64,000 bases of DNA. It comes from Octopus vulgaris (lineage: Eukaryota). This document shows positions 37,884 to 50,392 of the stretch, piece after piece. The position numbers and the translations under genes were made by a program. Location: assembly GCA_951406725.2 (NCBI GenBank), contig OX597823.1, positions 89,776,001 to 89,840,000 of the forward strand, written 5' to 3'. Positions within the stretch are counted from its first letter, which is position 1; every line of letters begins with the position of its first letter. A model generated the notes under the pieces. It saw nothing but the letters and a program-made list of their open reading frames with translations. It searched no databases and was not told where the DNA came from.

Positions 37884-38129
37884 AAGACTATCATAGATGA
37901 CCTTCCATGAGTCAGAATCCTTGGAAAACTTTAGTCGAATATTGCGGAAATGACTAAGTTCATCTAGTCGACAGACTTCATCCCATGACTGTGGTGGTAG
38001 CCAATCAGTTGGGTTGACATTTGGATTTTCTAAACCAATTCCTCCAGTTAATAAGAACCGATACTCCTCTTCATTAACTTCCTTTTTATGCTTTAAAATA
38101 TTGGTACACAGCAAAAACGAGAACAGCAG
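37884..38129 (-). CDS. DNAH7: Dynein heavy chain exon 12
   Basis: [12 protein letters not shown]...[32 protein letters not shown]...WKVIYDSL. Confidence 0.95.
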
Positions 38130-38680
38130 CTGAAAGAAATAATATAAAATAGCAGATGTTTCAGAAGTAACAGAACAACAAAAAAATACAGCAGCAATTA
38201 ACATGTCAATTCTTTAATGAAAAATTTAGAAGATACAGTATTATTCAAATTATATGAGATGTCCTAATAACTGGACATTATAGGATAGAATTGGTAAATT
38301 ATCAAACAAAATACTTGATGGTATATAGTAAAAGCCCTTCATATTCTGAGTTCAAATTCCAGCGAGATCTCCTTAGTATTTTGTCTTTATAAGGTCAGTG
38401 AAGTAAATTGTAAAACTGTAAAGATTGTAAAACTTAATAGATTCACTGTTTCTTAGAAGTAGGACTCTCTGTCTTACCATAGAACAAAGTAGTAACATTT
38501 AAAATACTAGATCATCATCATCATCATCATCATCGTTTAACGTCTGTTTTCCATGCTGGCATGGGTTGGACAGTTTGACTGAGATCTGGAACATCAGTGG
38601 CTGCACCAGGCTCCAATTTAATCGGGCAATGTTTCTACAGCTGGATACCCTTTCTAATGCCAACCACTCTGAGTTTTAAT

Positions 38681-39459
38681 GTTCTAGCTCACTTTTGCTG
38701 CTTACAGCAGTGCTTGGAAGGAAGGTGTGTAGTGTGTGATCATCGCATTGACCATGACAGAGAAAGCTGAGCAGAGATTCTGCCTCAAATTTTGGCAAAA
38801 GCTTGGTGACACCTGCTCAGAAGCCAACACAAAATTTTCAAAATGTTTCTATCGTTCTCAACACAATCAAGGAGATCTTGTGCAACTAAAACCCAAGTGT
38901 CATTTTGGTCAGCTGAAAGCAGTTTTGGCACAAACTTGGCAGACTTGCATGTCTCATATCCAAATCTTCAATGATAATGGACTGAACTGAATTGTAACTA
39001 ATCTGCACATCCTCTGATAACTCATGGATGGTAATTTGATGATTTCCCTCCACAGCTGCACACATATCTGCAATGTTTTTCTCAATTTGGCTGGTTGCAG
39101 GTCTCCCAGAACATTCATCAAAACTGACATTTTTTCGGCCATCTTGAAATGTCTGAACCACTCATACATTTGTGCACAGCTCTTACACTCCTCTCCATAC
39201 AGGTTCTGCAACTTTGTGTAATGCCTGTGAGCAGATATCACCATGACAACTTTCTTTGTCATGGTCAATGTGACAAGCACATGCTACACACCTTCCTTCC
39301 AAGCACTGCTGCAAACACCAGAAGTGAGCTGGAACATCAAAACTTAGTGCACACACAGCAGCAGAGTTCAAGGTCAATCTTTGCTAAGCGGCTTCACTCT
39401 GTATGCTTTAGCTTCATTACTATGGCAACAGTCCAGATATTTATTGATCAGACCTCATA
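38681..39459. mobile_element. Mariner remnant made of two inverted copies of the element 5' end
   Basis: MTEKAEQRFCLKF on plus at ~38753; mirrored 5' UTR and ATG on minus at ~39260-39335 followed by AQMYEWFRHF..SGRPATS..ITIHELSE; TIR-like tatgaggtctgatcaataa (reverse complement) at 39441-39459. Confidence 0.65.
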
Positions 39460-41068
39460 AATAGCTGCAACTACAGGAATATAGTTTGATATGTAGACAG
39501 TGCACATATGGCTGAGAGGGTGAACAGCTTTCCCTCTAACCATATCGTTTTAGGTTAAGTCCTGCTGCAGAGTGTACCTTGGGTAAATGTTTTCTGCTAT
39601 AGCCCCAGGTTGACCAATGCCTTCTGAGTGGATTTGGTAGGCAGAAACTGAAAGAAGACTATTGTACAGGCAGTCACACACACACACACACACATATATG
39701 TATCTCTTTTATCTTTTATCTTTCACTTGTTTCAGTCATTAGACTGTGGCCATGCTGGGGCACCACGCTCAAGAAATTTTAGTCAAAAGAATTGACCCCA
39801 GACTTATTTTCTTTTAAAGCCTGGTACTTATTCTATCAGTCGCTTATGCTGAACCGCTAAGTTATGGAGCCATAAACACACCAGCATCAGTTGTCAAGCG
39901 ATAATGGAGGACAAACACACACACACACACATACGATGGGCTTTTTCCAGTTCCTGTCCACTAAATCCACTCCCAAGGCTTTGGTCAGCCTGAGGCTATA
40001 GTAGAAGACAATTGCCCACGGTGCCATGTAATGGGTCTGAACCCAGAGCCATGTGGTTGCGAAGCAAGTTTCTTACCACACAGCCATGCCTGCTCCTAGA
40101 TGTGTATATATGTATGTGTGTGTATGTGTGCATGCATGCACATATTTGTGTGTGTGTGTGCATGTATGCACATATTTGTGTGTGTGTGTGCATGTGTGCA
40201 TTTGTTTATATCTGCAATCACTTGTACGAATGTGCAGAAGGCAGAGTTGTCATCAGTTTGTCCCCTTATCAAGCTATCCAAGCACTTTGTGCCTTTGAAG
40301 CTGTGTGGAATACTTGATCCCTTAGTTGAAAAACAGGTAAGGGCTATTGTCAGTAAGGGTAGGCAACATCTAACAATATAATTGTCCAACCCATGCCTGA
40401 CTTAGCTCTCCATTGGTTATGACAAACGTTCCAGTTGATCCGATCAATGGAACAGCCTGCTCATGAAATCAACATGCAAGTGGCTGAGTACTCCACAGAC
40501 ACATGTACTGCTAATGTAATTCTCAGGGAGATTCAGAGGAACACAGAGTGTGACAAGGCTGGCCCTTTCAATTACAGGCACGACTAATTTTTGCCAGCTG
40601 AGTGGACTGGAGCAACAAGAAATAAAGTGTCTTGCTCAAGGACACAACACACAGCCAGGAATTGAATGCAACACTATAACTTCCTTACATCCGATTTCTT
40701 CATTAGCCACAAGGGCCCAAACATAGAGGGGGACAATACAGCCTGATTGGGGTCAGACACACAATGATTATATGACTTTTAAAATTTTACCAAAATATAA
40801 TGAAATCGAATGAGATACAACAAGGATGAAATACAAACATAAAATGAAGCAGAGAAATGGCTTACGCTCCGACCCCACGAGCTCCATTCTCCTACTGACA
40901 TCCTCCTTAGGTGAATGTAGCCTCTACCAGGAAGGATATCTGGCAGCAAAACAATGTTTTAAATAATATAATCAAACAACCCATGTAAGGATGGAAAAAC
41001 AGATGTAAAACAAGCAAAAATATACACACCTAAAGTTTAACATATGTTATCTTTAAATTAATACATAC

Positions 41069-41347
41069 CTTGTCTTTTTCAAACAGAGACCGACAAATAT
41101 TTACATAGAGAGAATAAGTGAAATGTGTATGCAGGTTCATCAGTCGTATCGAGAGATTTTCTGATTGCTCAGCATTTTCAATTGACAAGAGGAATAGATT
41201 TATAAACCAGGTCAACGAATATTGGTACATAGGTTCAATATTAGCTAAGTCAGCAATAGAGAAAAATAAAATAGTCGAATGAACAGAGATTTCTTCATAG
41301 CTACTACGAGCGATGTCTAATTTTTTCTCAGTTTCTTCAGCAATTGC
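41069..41347 (-). CDS. DNAH7: Dynein heavy chain exon 11
   Basis: AIAEETEKKLD...LFFSIADLANIEPMYQYSLTWFINLF...LYVNICRSLFEKDK. Confidence 0.95.
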
Positions 41348-42938
41348 CTGGATGAAGATAAAAGAAAATACAAGTAAAATAATGAAAAAAATATGAGAAA
41401 AGCCAAACACAAGGGAAAACAAATTTAATTAAATAGAATATTTTAATATGTTTTATTAGAAAAAAGAAGGAAGTTTACAGATGAAGAGATACAAAAGACA
41501 TGACGAAATATCTTAAAGCTTTAATCTGGTCCCATTAGGTAGAGGTTTGAAACATGCTGGAATTGACTTCAATTCCTTCAATATGAACACACCTGAGACC
41601 ACCTGGAGTTCTCTGATATTACTTTCAGATTTAATACGATCTAAATGAAAACCTTCCGTCAAAATTTCAAGCTAATTTATGTTCCAAAATGTTCCGGTTT
41701 AATAAGGGCAAAGCCATTCTACTAAAGTCTTTTATTATTTTCCAAATGAATTGAAAAAAAAAAGAAGTGTATTTCAACAGGAAAATGACAACCAAAGGGT
41801 TATTTTTTTCATCCTTCTGAGATCAATGAAATAAATACCTATTTCTTTACTACCCACAAGGAGCTAAACACAGAGGGGACAAACAAGGACAGACAAATGG
41901 ATTAAGTCGATTACATCGACCCCAGTGTGTAACTGGTACTTAATTTATCGACCCCGAAAGGATGAAAGGCAAAGTTGACCTCGGAGGAATTTGAACTCAG
42001 AACGTAATGGCAGACAAAATACGGCTATGTATTTCGTCCGGCGTGCTAACGTTTCTGCTAGCTTGCTGCCTTAATGAAATAAATACCAGTAATATATTGA
42101 GTAAGGCAGTGAATTGGCAGGTGTCTTGCCGTAAGGGAGGTAAATGGTTACCCAGCCAGAGAGAGAGAGAGAGAGAGATGAAGAATGAGGCCAAAAACAG
42201 GTGTGTTGCTGTAAAGGAGATACATGGCTACCCAGCCTGAGGGAAGAGCAGGAGAAGGAGAGACAGAGTGGGGGACAGCAAGAGTGCAAGAAAGAGCAGG
42301 AGAGAGATGGTGGCAAAATGCCGGGCATACTCACAAGGGATGGGGATCAGATTATAAATGGGATGGTTGAGTAAAAGAGACAGAGATGTTGGTAAGTGCC
42401 AGGGCATATTCTTGAGGTACAGAGGTCATAATAGAAGTGGTAGGGCAAGGCCAAAGAAGCAAGAGTAGAGAATGGGTGAGGGGGAAATGCAGTGAGTGGT
42501 GAAAACCTGGGTATATAGAGGGGGCCATGGAAACATTTCCAGTCATAGGGAAATATTACCTTGCTTGGAAAGAGGTAAGGGTTAGCAACAAGAAGGGCAC
42601 CTGGTCTCCTAGAAATTCAATCTAAACAAATTCTGTCTGACCCATGCAAACAAGGAAAAGTGGGTATTAAAACAATGATGATGATGATGATGAGATACAC
42701 ACACATGCACAAGCATACATGCATACATACACACACGTGCACACAAACACACACACATGCATGTGTGCACATGCACACACACACACACGTGCACACAATC
42801 ACATACACACATGCACACAATCACATACACACATGCACACAATCACATACACACATGCACATAGGCATGCACACACACACACACACACACAAAACCAAGA
42901 AATGTGTGACCAATAAAACTCTTTGTGAATGAACTTAC

Positions 42939-43071
42939 TTGCTTTTCTGATATTTCATCAGCTAAAGCTTTGGAAGAAGAGAGAACTTTAATAGCAGTTT
43001 CATCTTCCAGAATATTTCCTTCAGAAGTTGAGAGGACTTCAAGAATTTTGTCTTCAATTTCCTTAAGTTGC
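42939..43071 (-). CDS. DNAH7: Dynein heavy chain exon 10 (buttress)
   Basis: QLKEIEDKILEVLSTSEGNILEDETAIKVLSSSKALADEISEKQ; phase 2 start. Confidence 0.95.
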
Positions 43072-43607
43072 CTGTACACAATTGGAACAAATAAAAAGAC
43101 AAAAATTTCATTAAGCATCCTCATTACAAAAAATTAATTTTGTTATTGATAAAGAAGATCCTGATAATAATGATAATATTGATGGTGGTGGTGTTATATT
43201 GCTCTAATTTAATTCTATGTTCTGACTAATTATCGAACTAAGTTTAGTGACTCTGCTTTATTTCATGCGCTCACCTTTTAAAGTGAACTTTTGGACTGCC
43301 TTCTAATTTGCATAACTGCCTTCTAATTTGCATACTGGTTTGTTTCATAAGTGGCATGATACATTTTGCACGTGGATTTTTAAGTTCTGCTTTAATCAGC
43401 ATGCATTTTTTAGTTTATATTGTGTTATATTGTCTCCAAGCTGATAATTCAGTATTAAAACATAACAATGATGCTGATGATAGTGTTGTTATGTACAATA
43501 ATTATCAAAAAGACTCTACATGAGTGGTTAACAAATCACCGTCATCATCATCATCATCATCATCATCATCTAATCTGTAAAAACAAAAAATAAAAGACAA
43601 TCCTGAC

Positions 43608-43741
43608 TTTTTATTCTTGGCTCCTTGCTGAATGAGAGAGTTCTTCTCCTCTTCCAGTTCAGGTCTTTCTTTGGCCACCACAATTCCTTGCAGCTGGTCT
43701 TGCAGCCCTTCTTCAGTGATCATGAAGTTCAATAATGTCAC
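43608..43741 (-). CDS. DNAH7: Dynein heavy chain exon 9
   Basis: VTLLNFMITEEGLQDQLQGIVVAKERPELEEEKNSLIQQGAKNK; donor GTCAGG is phase-compatible. Confidence 0.92.
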
Positions 43742-43826
43742 CTATATTAGAAAGAAATCGGGTCAAAATGTTAATCATTCATTTTCTAATCATTATTACT
43801 AATTTTATAATACCAAGAAACCATGT

Positions 43827-44043
43827 TACAAGGTAGTACAGAAAAGTTCCTGGCTTTAAGGGTATCGTGAAAGGCCTGGTTGAAGACCCAAAGTTCTGAG
43901 TTCTTTTACAGGGTTTAGGAAAACTGAAGGGCTGTTGCAATAAATCTGTGAATTTGGGAGGAGAATATGGTGAAGAAAATCATAATTGATCCTCCTGAAT
44001 TTTCTTTTACCCAAAACCAGGAACCTTTCAGCACCCCTTCATA
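43827..44043 (+). mobile_element. Mariner-derived MITE (~215 bp); second copy ~60030-60249
   Basis: aaaagttcctggcttt / aaaaccaggaaccttt inverted termini; internal remnant of transposase C-terminus (KCVNLRGEY-like). Confidence 0.6.
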
Positions 44044-44119
44044 TACTTTTGAGAATAACCTAACCATTACTTTGCATGCTCCAATAGGGACACTCCCAAA
44101 ATCTAATGGAAACAAATTG

Positions 44120-44122
<3 letters not shown>

Positions 44123-44209
<87 letters not shown>
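44123..44209. repeat. (GA)n microsatellite
   Basis: Perfect dinucleotide run of ~43 units. Confidence 0.95.
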
Positions 44210-44214
<5 letters not shown>

Positions 44215-44945
44215 CCCAGAGATACATAGACAGAGAAAGCCATATCCAGATTGTTATTTGTCACACTGCACCAAAGACTATATCTAAACTGACTCTATTG
44301 GTCAACAAGACATTGGAATGGAAAATGGAATATCCAGAATTATGGATCTCTGATTAAGATCTATTCTTTTGAGTGATTACTCACTTGATAGAGATCTTAT
44401 TGGCCAGACAAAACGATAATGATTTCTAATTTAAGCACAAGGCCAGTAAATTGGAAGGATAGGAACCAGTTGATACCATTACCCCTTTGTCCTTGGCTGG
44501 CACTTTATTTTATTGACCCCCAAAGGAATGAAAGGCAAAGATGACTTCAGCAGGATTTGAGCTCAGAATGTTTAGAGCCAGAAGAAATAACACATATCTT
44601 TTTGCCTGACACTCTAATGATTCTGCCAAACAATAATGAATAAAATACAAAATCACTCACTTAAGACACACACTCACAATTACTATCATCATCATCATCA
44701 GTTTAATGACCAATTTTCCATGCCTGCATGTGATGGATAGAATTTGTTGTGGCAGACTTTTTTTTTTTTGGTTGGATGCTCATCCTGTCACCAACCCTCA
44801 CCAACTTCCAAGAAAAATATTTCTCCCAGTTCGGACATATTTTCACGGTAGATTGGAAATGAAGAATACTGCTTATACGATGGTGATGCTCATTTACAAG
44901 GATCAAACAATCTCAAGATAATAACACACACACAATCACACACAT

Positions 44946-44983
<38 letters not shown>

Positions 44984-45714
44984 CTCCCTGTTTATTTCTG
45001 TGTTCCTTTTTGTCAAAGAGCATAGGCTCGAAATGTAAAAGATTTTCTCATTTCCCGAATGTTAAACTAATACATGTTTGTTGTTTGCACACCCGTCTTT
45101 GTCTTATGTTTTTTTGTAAATTCTCACTACATATACACATACATACATATATATACACACATACATACATACATACATAATACATGCATACATACATACA
45201 TTCATACATACATACACACATACACAGATACATACATATAAACATACATACAAACACATACATATATGCTTACATACATTTATGCATGTACACACAGACA
45301 CATAGGTTTCCTTCAGTTTCTGTCTCCAAAATTTACTTGCAAGACTTTGGTCAGTCCTGGGCTACAGAAAAAGACATTTGCCCATGTTATCAGACAATGG
45401 GACTGAACCCTAAACTGTATGGATGGCAAGAGGAAACTTCTTAACCACAGAGCCACGTCTGCAGCTTTGTATTTAGCCAAAAAAGAAAGAAAGAAAAAAG
45501 ACAAAAGAAAAAGAAGAAAAAAGAAAAAAGATTAAAACAGCCATCTGTGTATCATACTTAATGTGAACACATCACAAAAGGCAAATTTACTGTAGTATTC
45601 ATCCTGTGATAATATCACTCATGGACGTACTGTGTTTTAAATAAAACACATTAGTAGGAGATATAAAATATAATACATAGATGGCTATTAAAAAAAAAAG
45701 GAGTTATATTTTAC

Positions 45715-45906
45715 CTTTACAGAAGTTTCTGGCAAATAGTGGGGGTTCCTCAGTTTTGTTGTCATGTAGAACTTGAAATCAGTGCTGTATTCAATAGTGC
45801 TGTCACCCAGACGGATACACAATGTACCACCTTGTTTAAATGTCTGCTTCAGTAGAAGGGGTTCAAGCATGGGGTCAATTTCTTCACCAATATTTTCCAC
45901 TAAAAC
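45715..45906 (-). CDS. DNAH7: Dynein heavy chain exon 8 (AAA5)
   Basis: [27 protein letters not shown]...[21 protein letters not shown]. Confidence 0.95.
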
Positions 45907-48091
45907 CTGACCATCAAACAAATTACAAATGAGCAACAACAAAAAAGTAATGAAACAAACAACTGAAAGTACGCACCTTCTAAAGTATCAGGCATGGTAA
46001 GTCCATATTACTCTATAAGGAGCAGAGGGCCAGTTTCCCAGTTTCTCTGATGTATACATTCCTCCCTGGATGGAATGCCAGTCTGTTGCAGGACTACTCA
46101 TTATTACCAGGTGAGTGGACTGGAGTATCATGAAATGAAGTGTTTTGCTCAAGAACACAATGCCTCACCCAGTCCAGGAATCAAAACCACAATCTTATGA
46201 TCAAGAAGTACAATACCCTAACCACTAAGCTATGCACCTCCACAAAGTACCAGGTACTCCATATATCTCCTGTACTGCAAGAAACTTGCTTGGCAAGATG
46301 GCGAGCTGGCAGAAATGTTAGCATGCCAGGCAAAATGCTTAGCGGTATTTTGTCTGCCGCTACGTTCTGAGTTCAAATTCCACCGAGGTCGATTTTGCTT
46401 CTCATCCTTTCGGGGTCGATAAATTAAGTACCAGTTACGCACTGGGATAAATATAATCAACTTAATCTGTTTGTCTGTCCTTGTTTGTCCTCTCTGTGTT
46501 TAGTCCCTTGTGGGTAGTAAAGAAATAGGTATTTTGTCTGCCATTACGTTCTGAGTTCAAATTCCGCTGAGGTCAACTGCCTTTCATCCTTTTGGAGTTG
46601 ATAAATTAAGTACCAGTTGCGCACTGGGGTCGATGTAATCAACTTAATCCCTTTGTCTGTCCTTGTTTGTCCCCTCTATGTTTAGCCCCTTGTGGGTAAT
46701 AAAGAAATAAGAAACTTGTTGCTTGGCAAGACTAAAGAGTCTTCTCGGTGCTACAGTGTCTTTGCTCAATTCATCAAACATTTTATCAAGGCACCAGCAC
46801 TAATGAGGTCACACTGTCACCTTGTAGCCAGACTCAAAAGAGCCTACACTAGTCTAAGAGAGAGAATAAAAGAAAGGATGATGAAAGAAGTTGAAGTTGT
46901 GTTGTGAGATAGAGGGAAAGAGAAAGTGTGAAAGGAGAAACAGATATATTGGTGTGAGGCAGAGGTAACAACAAAAACAACAACAATCCCTTCGGCTACC
47001 TGCACACAGCCTGAAATTTTGTGGGAAGGGACTAGTCATTTACATTGACACCAGTGCTCAACTGATACTTATTTTATTAACCCTGAAAGGATGAAAGGCA
47101 GAGTTGACGTTGGCTACATTTAAACTCAGAACATAAAGACAGACGAAACCCTGCTAAGCATTTTGTCTGGTGCAATAATTGATCTGCCAGCTCACTGCCT
47201 TAATAATAATAATGAGCTTATTGTATACAGAGCTCATGTGCACTACAACATACAGTGCTTTGGTGCATTACAATAAACAATGCTCAGGTGCACTACAACA
47301 CACTGCTCTACTCCATACAACATGCAGTACTCCATTCGTACTCTATCATATAGATGCACACTGCATTGCACTTCAAGTGAAGTACGCTTACTTCATTTCT
47401 AGCTTGTCTTTGTAAAGGCCTAAGTTTCACTACAATCCAGCATCTGTACTCTAAACTACACTATACTTTAAGTACTCAACATTTGTGTCTTGCTAATAGT
47501 GTCAGGTCACTTGTGAGGTCTCTCATGAGTGTTGCTGGTAACATGGGATCCAGCACAACCTGCTGCATGGTCAGATTGTCAGTCACTAAACCAGCAATCC
47601 CACAAAATTGCTTGGTGAGGAGGGTTGCTAGAAGCCCAGCAGGTCTGAAAACAAGACCTGTCAAAAGGACCAATGAACTTAGTGTAGGTTTAATGACTAT
47701 TTAGCAATAGCATGGATCCATAATTCCATACTGGTGTCTGACATGCTGGAAGACCACAAGGAGCGAGGCACCCTTTTGCTTTTGTTAAAGCATGTCCCTA
47801 GAACCTGCTTCAAACCCAGGCTATGCCTACTCTGGTAATTGGTAGAGACTTGGTCAGTGAATCCTCTGTGATGATCAACGATTAACTGCAAGATGAGCTA
47901 TGGATCACATTATCCCAAAGTGTGTATGCATGGGATCAGGAACACGGGTGAACTTGTTTTTCCACTGTAACTCTGAACATGAATGAATTCATTGGTTGGA
48001 GCTTGTTCAACCCACCCCAGGTTAATGCCACCATAAGTACATGAAAGTAAGTCTGGCTCAGAATCTCAAGGAATAGAAAAACTCCACTTAC

Positions 48092-48245
48092 AGGTGTTCC
48101 AAACTGAATACAATTCTCAAGAGTTCTGTTGAAATCTGAGTCACTGGTTTTAACAACACTTAGATTGTTTGCCTTTTCCATATTTTTGATCCATTTGTTA
48201 GCTTGTCCTTGAGGATCTATCATCAATGGCCACCTTCGAGCATTA
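48092..48245 (-). CDS. DNAH7: Dynein heavy chain exon 7 (AAA5)
   Basis: NARRWPLMIDPQGQANKWIKNMEK...RTLENCIQFGTP. Confidence 0.95.
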
Positions 48246-50331
48246 CTGCAATGAAAAGAGGACATCTTAAATGATTGCAGTGAAAGTAAATATAAGGATA
48301 TGTGAAGAAAAAAATTTGTCAATAAGCCTAATGCTCTTCAATGGCTTAATGCTCTTCAATGGCCTAATGCTCTTCAAATTACACACCAAGATAAAAAAAA
48401 AATCATCACCACCACCACCACCACCACCACCATCACCATCATCATCATCTAATGTCAATTTTCCATGCTAGCATGGGTTGGACTTATTGGATATATATAA
48501 TCCAGAATAAACTATTTCAGCAATAAGATGGGATAATCAGACTGGAACACCATCTGTCATAGTTTTGCTCAATCAGGTTCGACCTGGGATTAAACAACAA
48601 CAACAACAATATGAGAAATACAAGTATTCCAAACATGACAGATTGTGTGAACCCTTGAACCTTTGATTGGTGACCTTCACTTTATGGAAATGTCTTAAAA
48701 CGACCACCTGGTCTATGAGTGCTGCTGTTTAGTAATCTCCTTTGTTGCAAGCAATCAATGCAGAGCTGTGATTAGAGGATAACCTAATTTCATGACAGAT
48801 AGGCCATTGCTTCAACAGTAACTTATGAATCATAGTCCACTCCAACATACCATTTACCTCAGCTTTCACAAAAAGTCATGGTCACTACTCTTTCTCTTTG
48901 GATGAAAATTTACAAAGAAAGGAAAAAAAATTACCTCCACACTCGAAGTAGTTTCCCCACATTCTTCTTCTTTTATATGAATTACCTGCTTCTCTGTCAT
49001 TGCTTTATACTTTGAAGCAGATAACATCATTTGTACTTATGCATTCAGAGCTTATCCAAACACAACATCAATGATTTTTGGTAACAATGTACTTGTTCCA
49101 CAAAAGTAAACTTGAAGAAAACTTCTTGCATTTGCTTGAGGAATAATTGGCAACGTAATCTTACTTAACAGCCCCAAAACACACTCAGGATACAGACTAA
49201 GAAAACTTACCAGCATCACTTTTTATATGGTCACTCAATCTGCATCCAAATCTCCCATAAAATAAACCCTGCCATCTTAAAAAAATAAGGTAGTACACAT
49301 TGAATAATGTCATCCTAGATATAAAATGGTTGGGAAAAAAAAAGATGGGTCTCTACATGACCACTTGGCCAACTAGAAACAGTAGCCTAACATTCAGCAA
49401 ATTTTCTTCATAAGTACAGGTGTGGCTGTGTGGTAAGAAGCTTGCTTCCGAACCACATGGTTCAGGGTTCAGTTCCACTGCATGATATCTTGGGCAAGTG
49501 TATTCTACTATTGCCCTAAGCTGACCAAAGCTTTGTGAGTGGATTTGGTAAACGGAAACTGAAAGAAGCCTGTTGTGTGTGTGTGCGTATCTGTCTGTTT
49601 GTCTGTCTGTGTGTCTGTGTTTGTCCTCCACCAACACTTGACAACTGGTGTTGGTTTATTTACATCCAAGTAACTAAGCAGTTAAGCAAAAGTGAGTGAT
49701 GAAATAAATACCAGGCTTTACAAAAAATAACTACTGAGGTCAATTTGTTCACCTAAAATTCGTCAATGAGGTGCCCCAGCATGGCCGCAGTCTAATGACT
49801 GAAACAAGTGAAAAACAAAAAATCCTAAGATTAAAAAATAAAAGGAAGAGAGAAATGAATGAATGCTGTCTTTATATGATGTAATAAATAAAACTATTTT
49901 AGAAATAAGATGGGTTGGTGAAGGGTAAGCATGCTGTCTGATTAAGACTTCTCTGCTCATGACCAGAGATGCACTTATTGTCAGTCACTAAGGAACATGT
50001 TCAACTGGTTAAGGTCAAGCAACTGACAAGCAAATCTGTGGTCTTGAGCAGAATATATGCCATAACAATATTTCTGCTTCAGCAACTCAAGGCTGAATTT
50101 GTCTGAAATGTAATGGAAAATAGGTCAGTTTCAAAAGATTGATATCCCAGTCACAAAAGCAAAGTGTGAAGGGAATAGTAGTCATTTCCTTTGATTTCAA
50201 GACAGAAACAAATAGGAGATAACACTGACTGATCAAAGACAAAAAAAAACAAAACATTGTTATGCTGTGTTATAGCTCCAAACCAAGCTTTGTGACTGGA
50301 TTTGGGAGATGGAAACTGAAAGGAGATTGTC

Positions 50332-50392
<61 letters not shown>

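Noticed and set aside
48326-48377. Three tandem 18-bp repeats
   Set aside because: Ordinary local slippage duplication with no evidence of function
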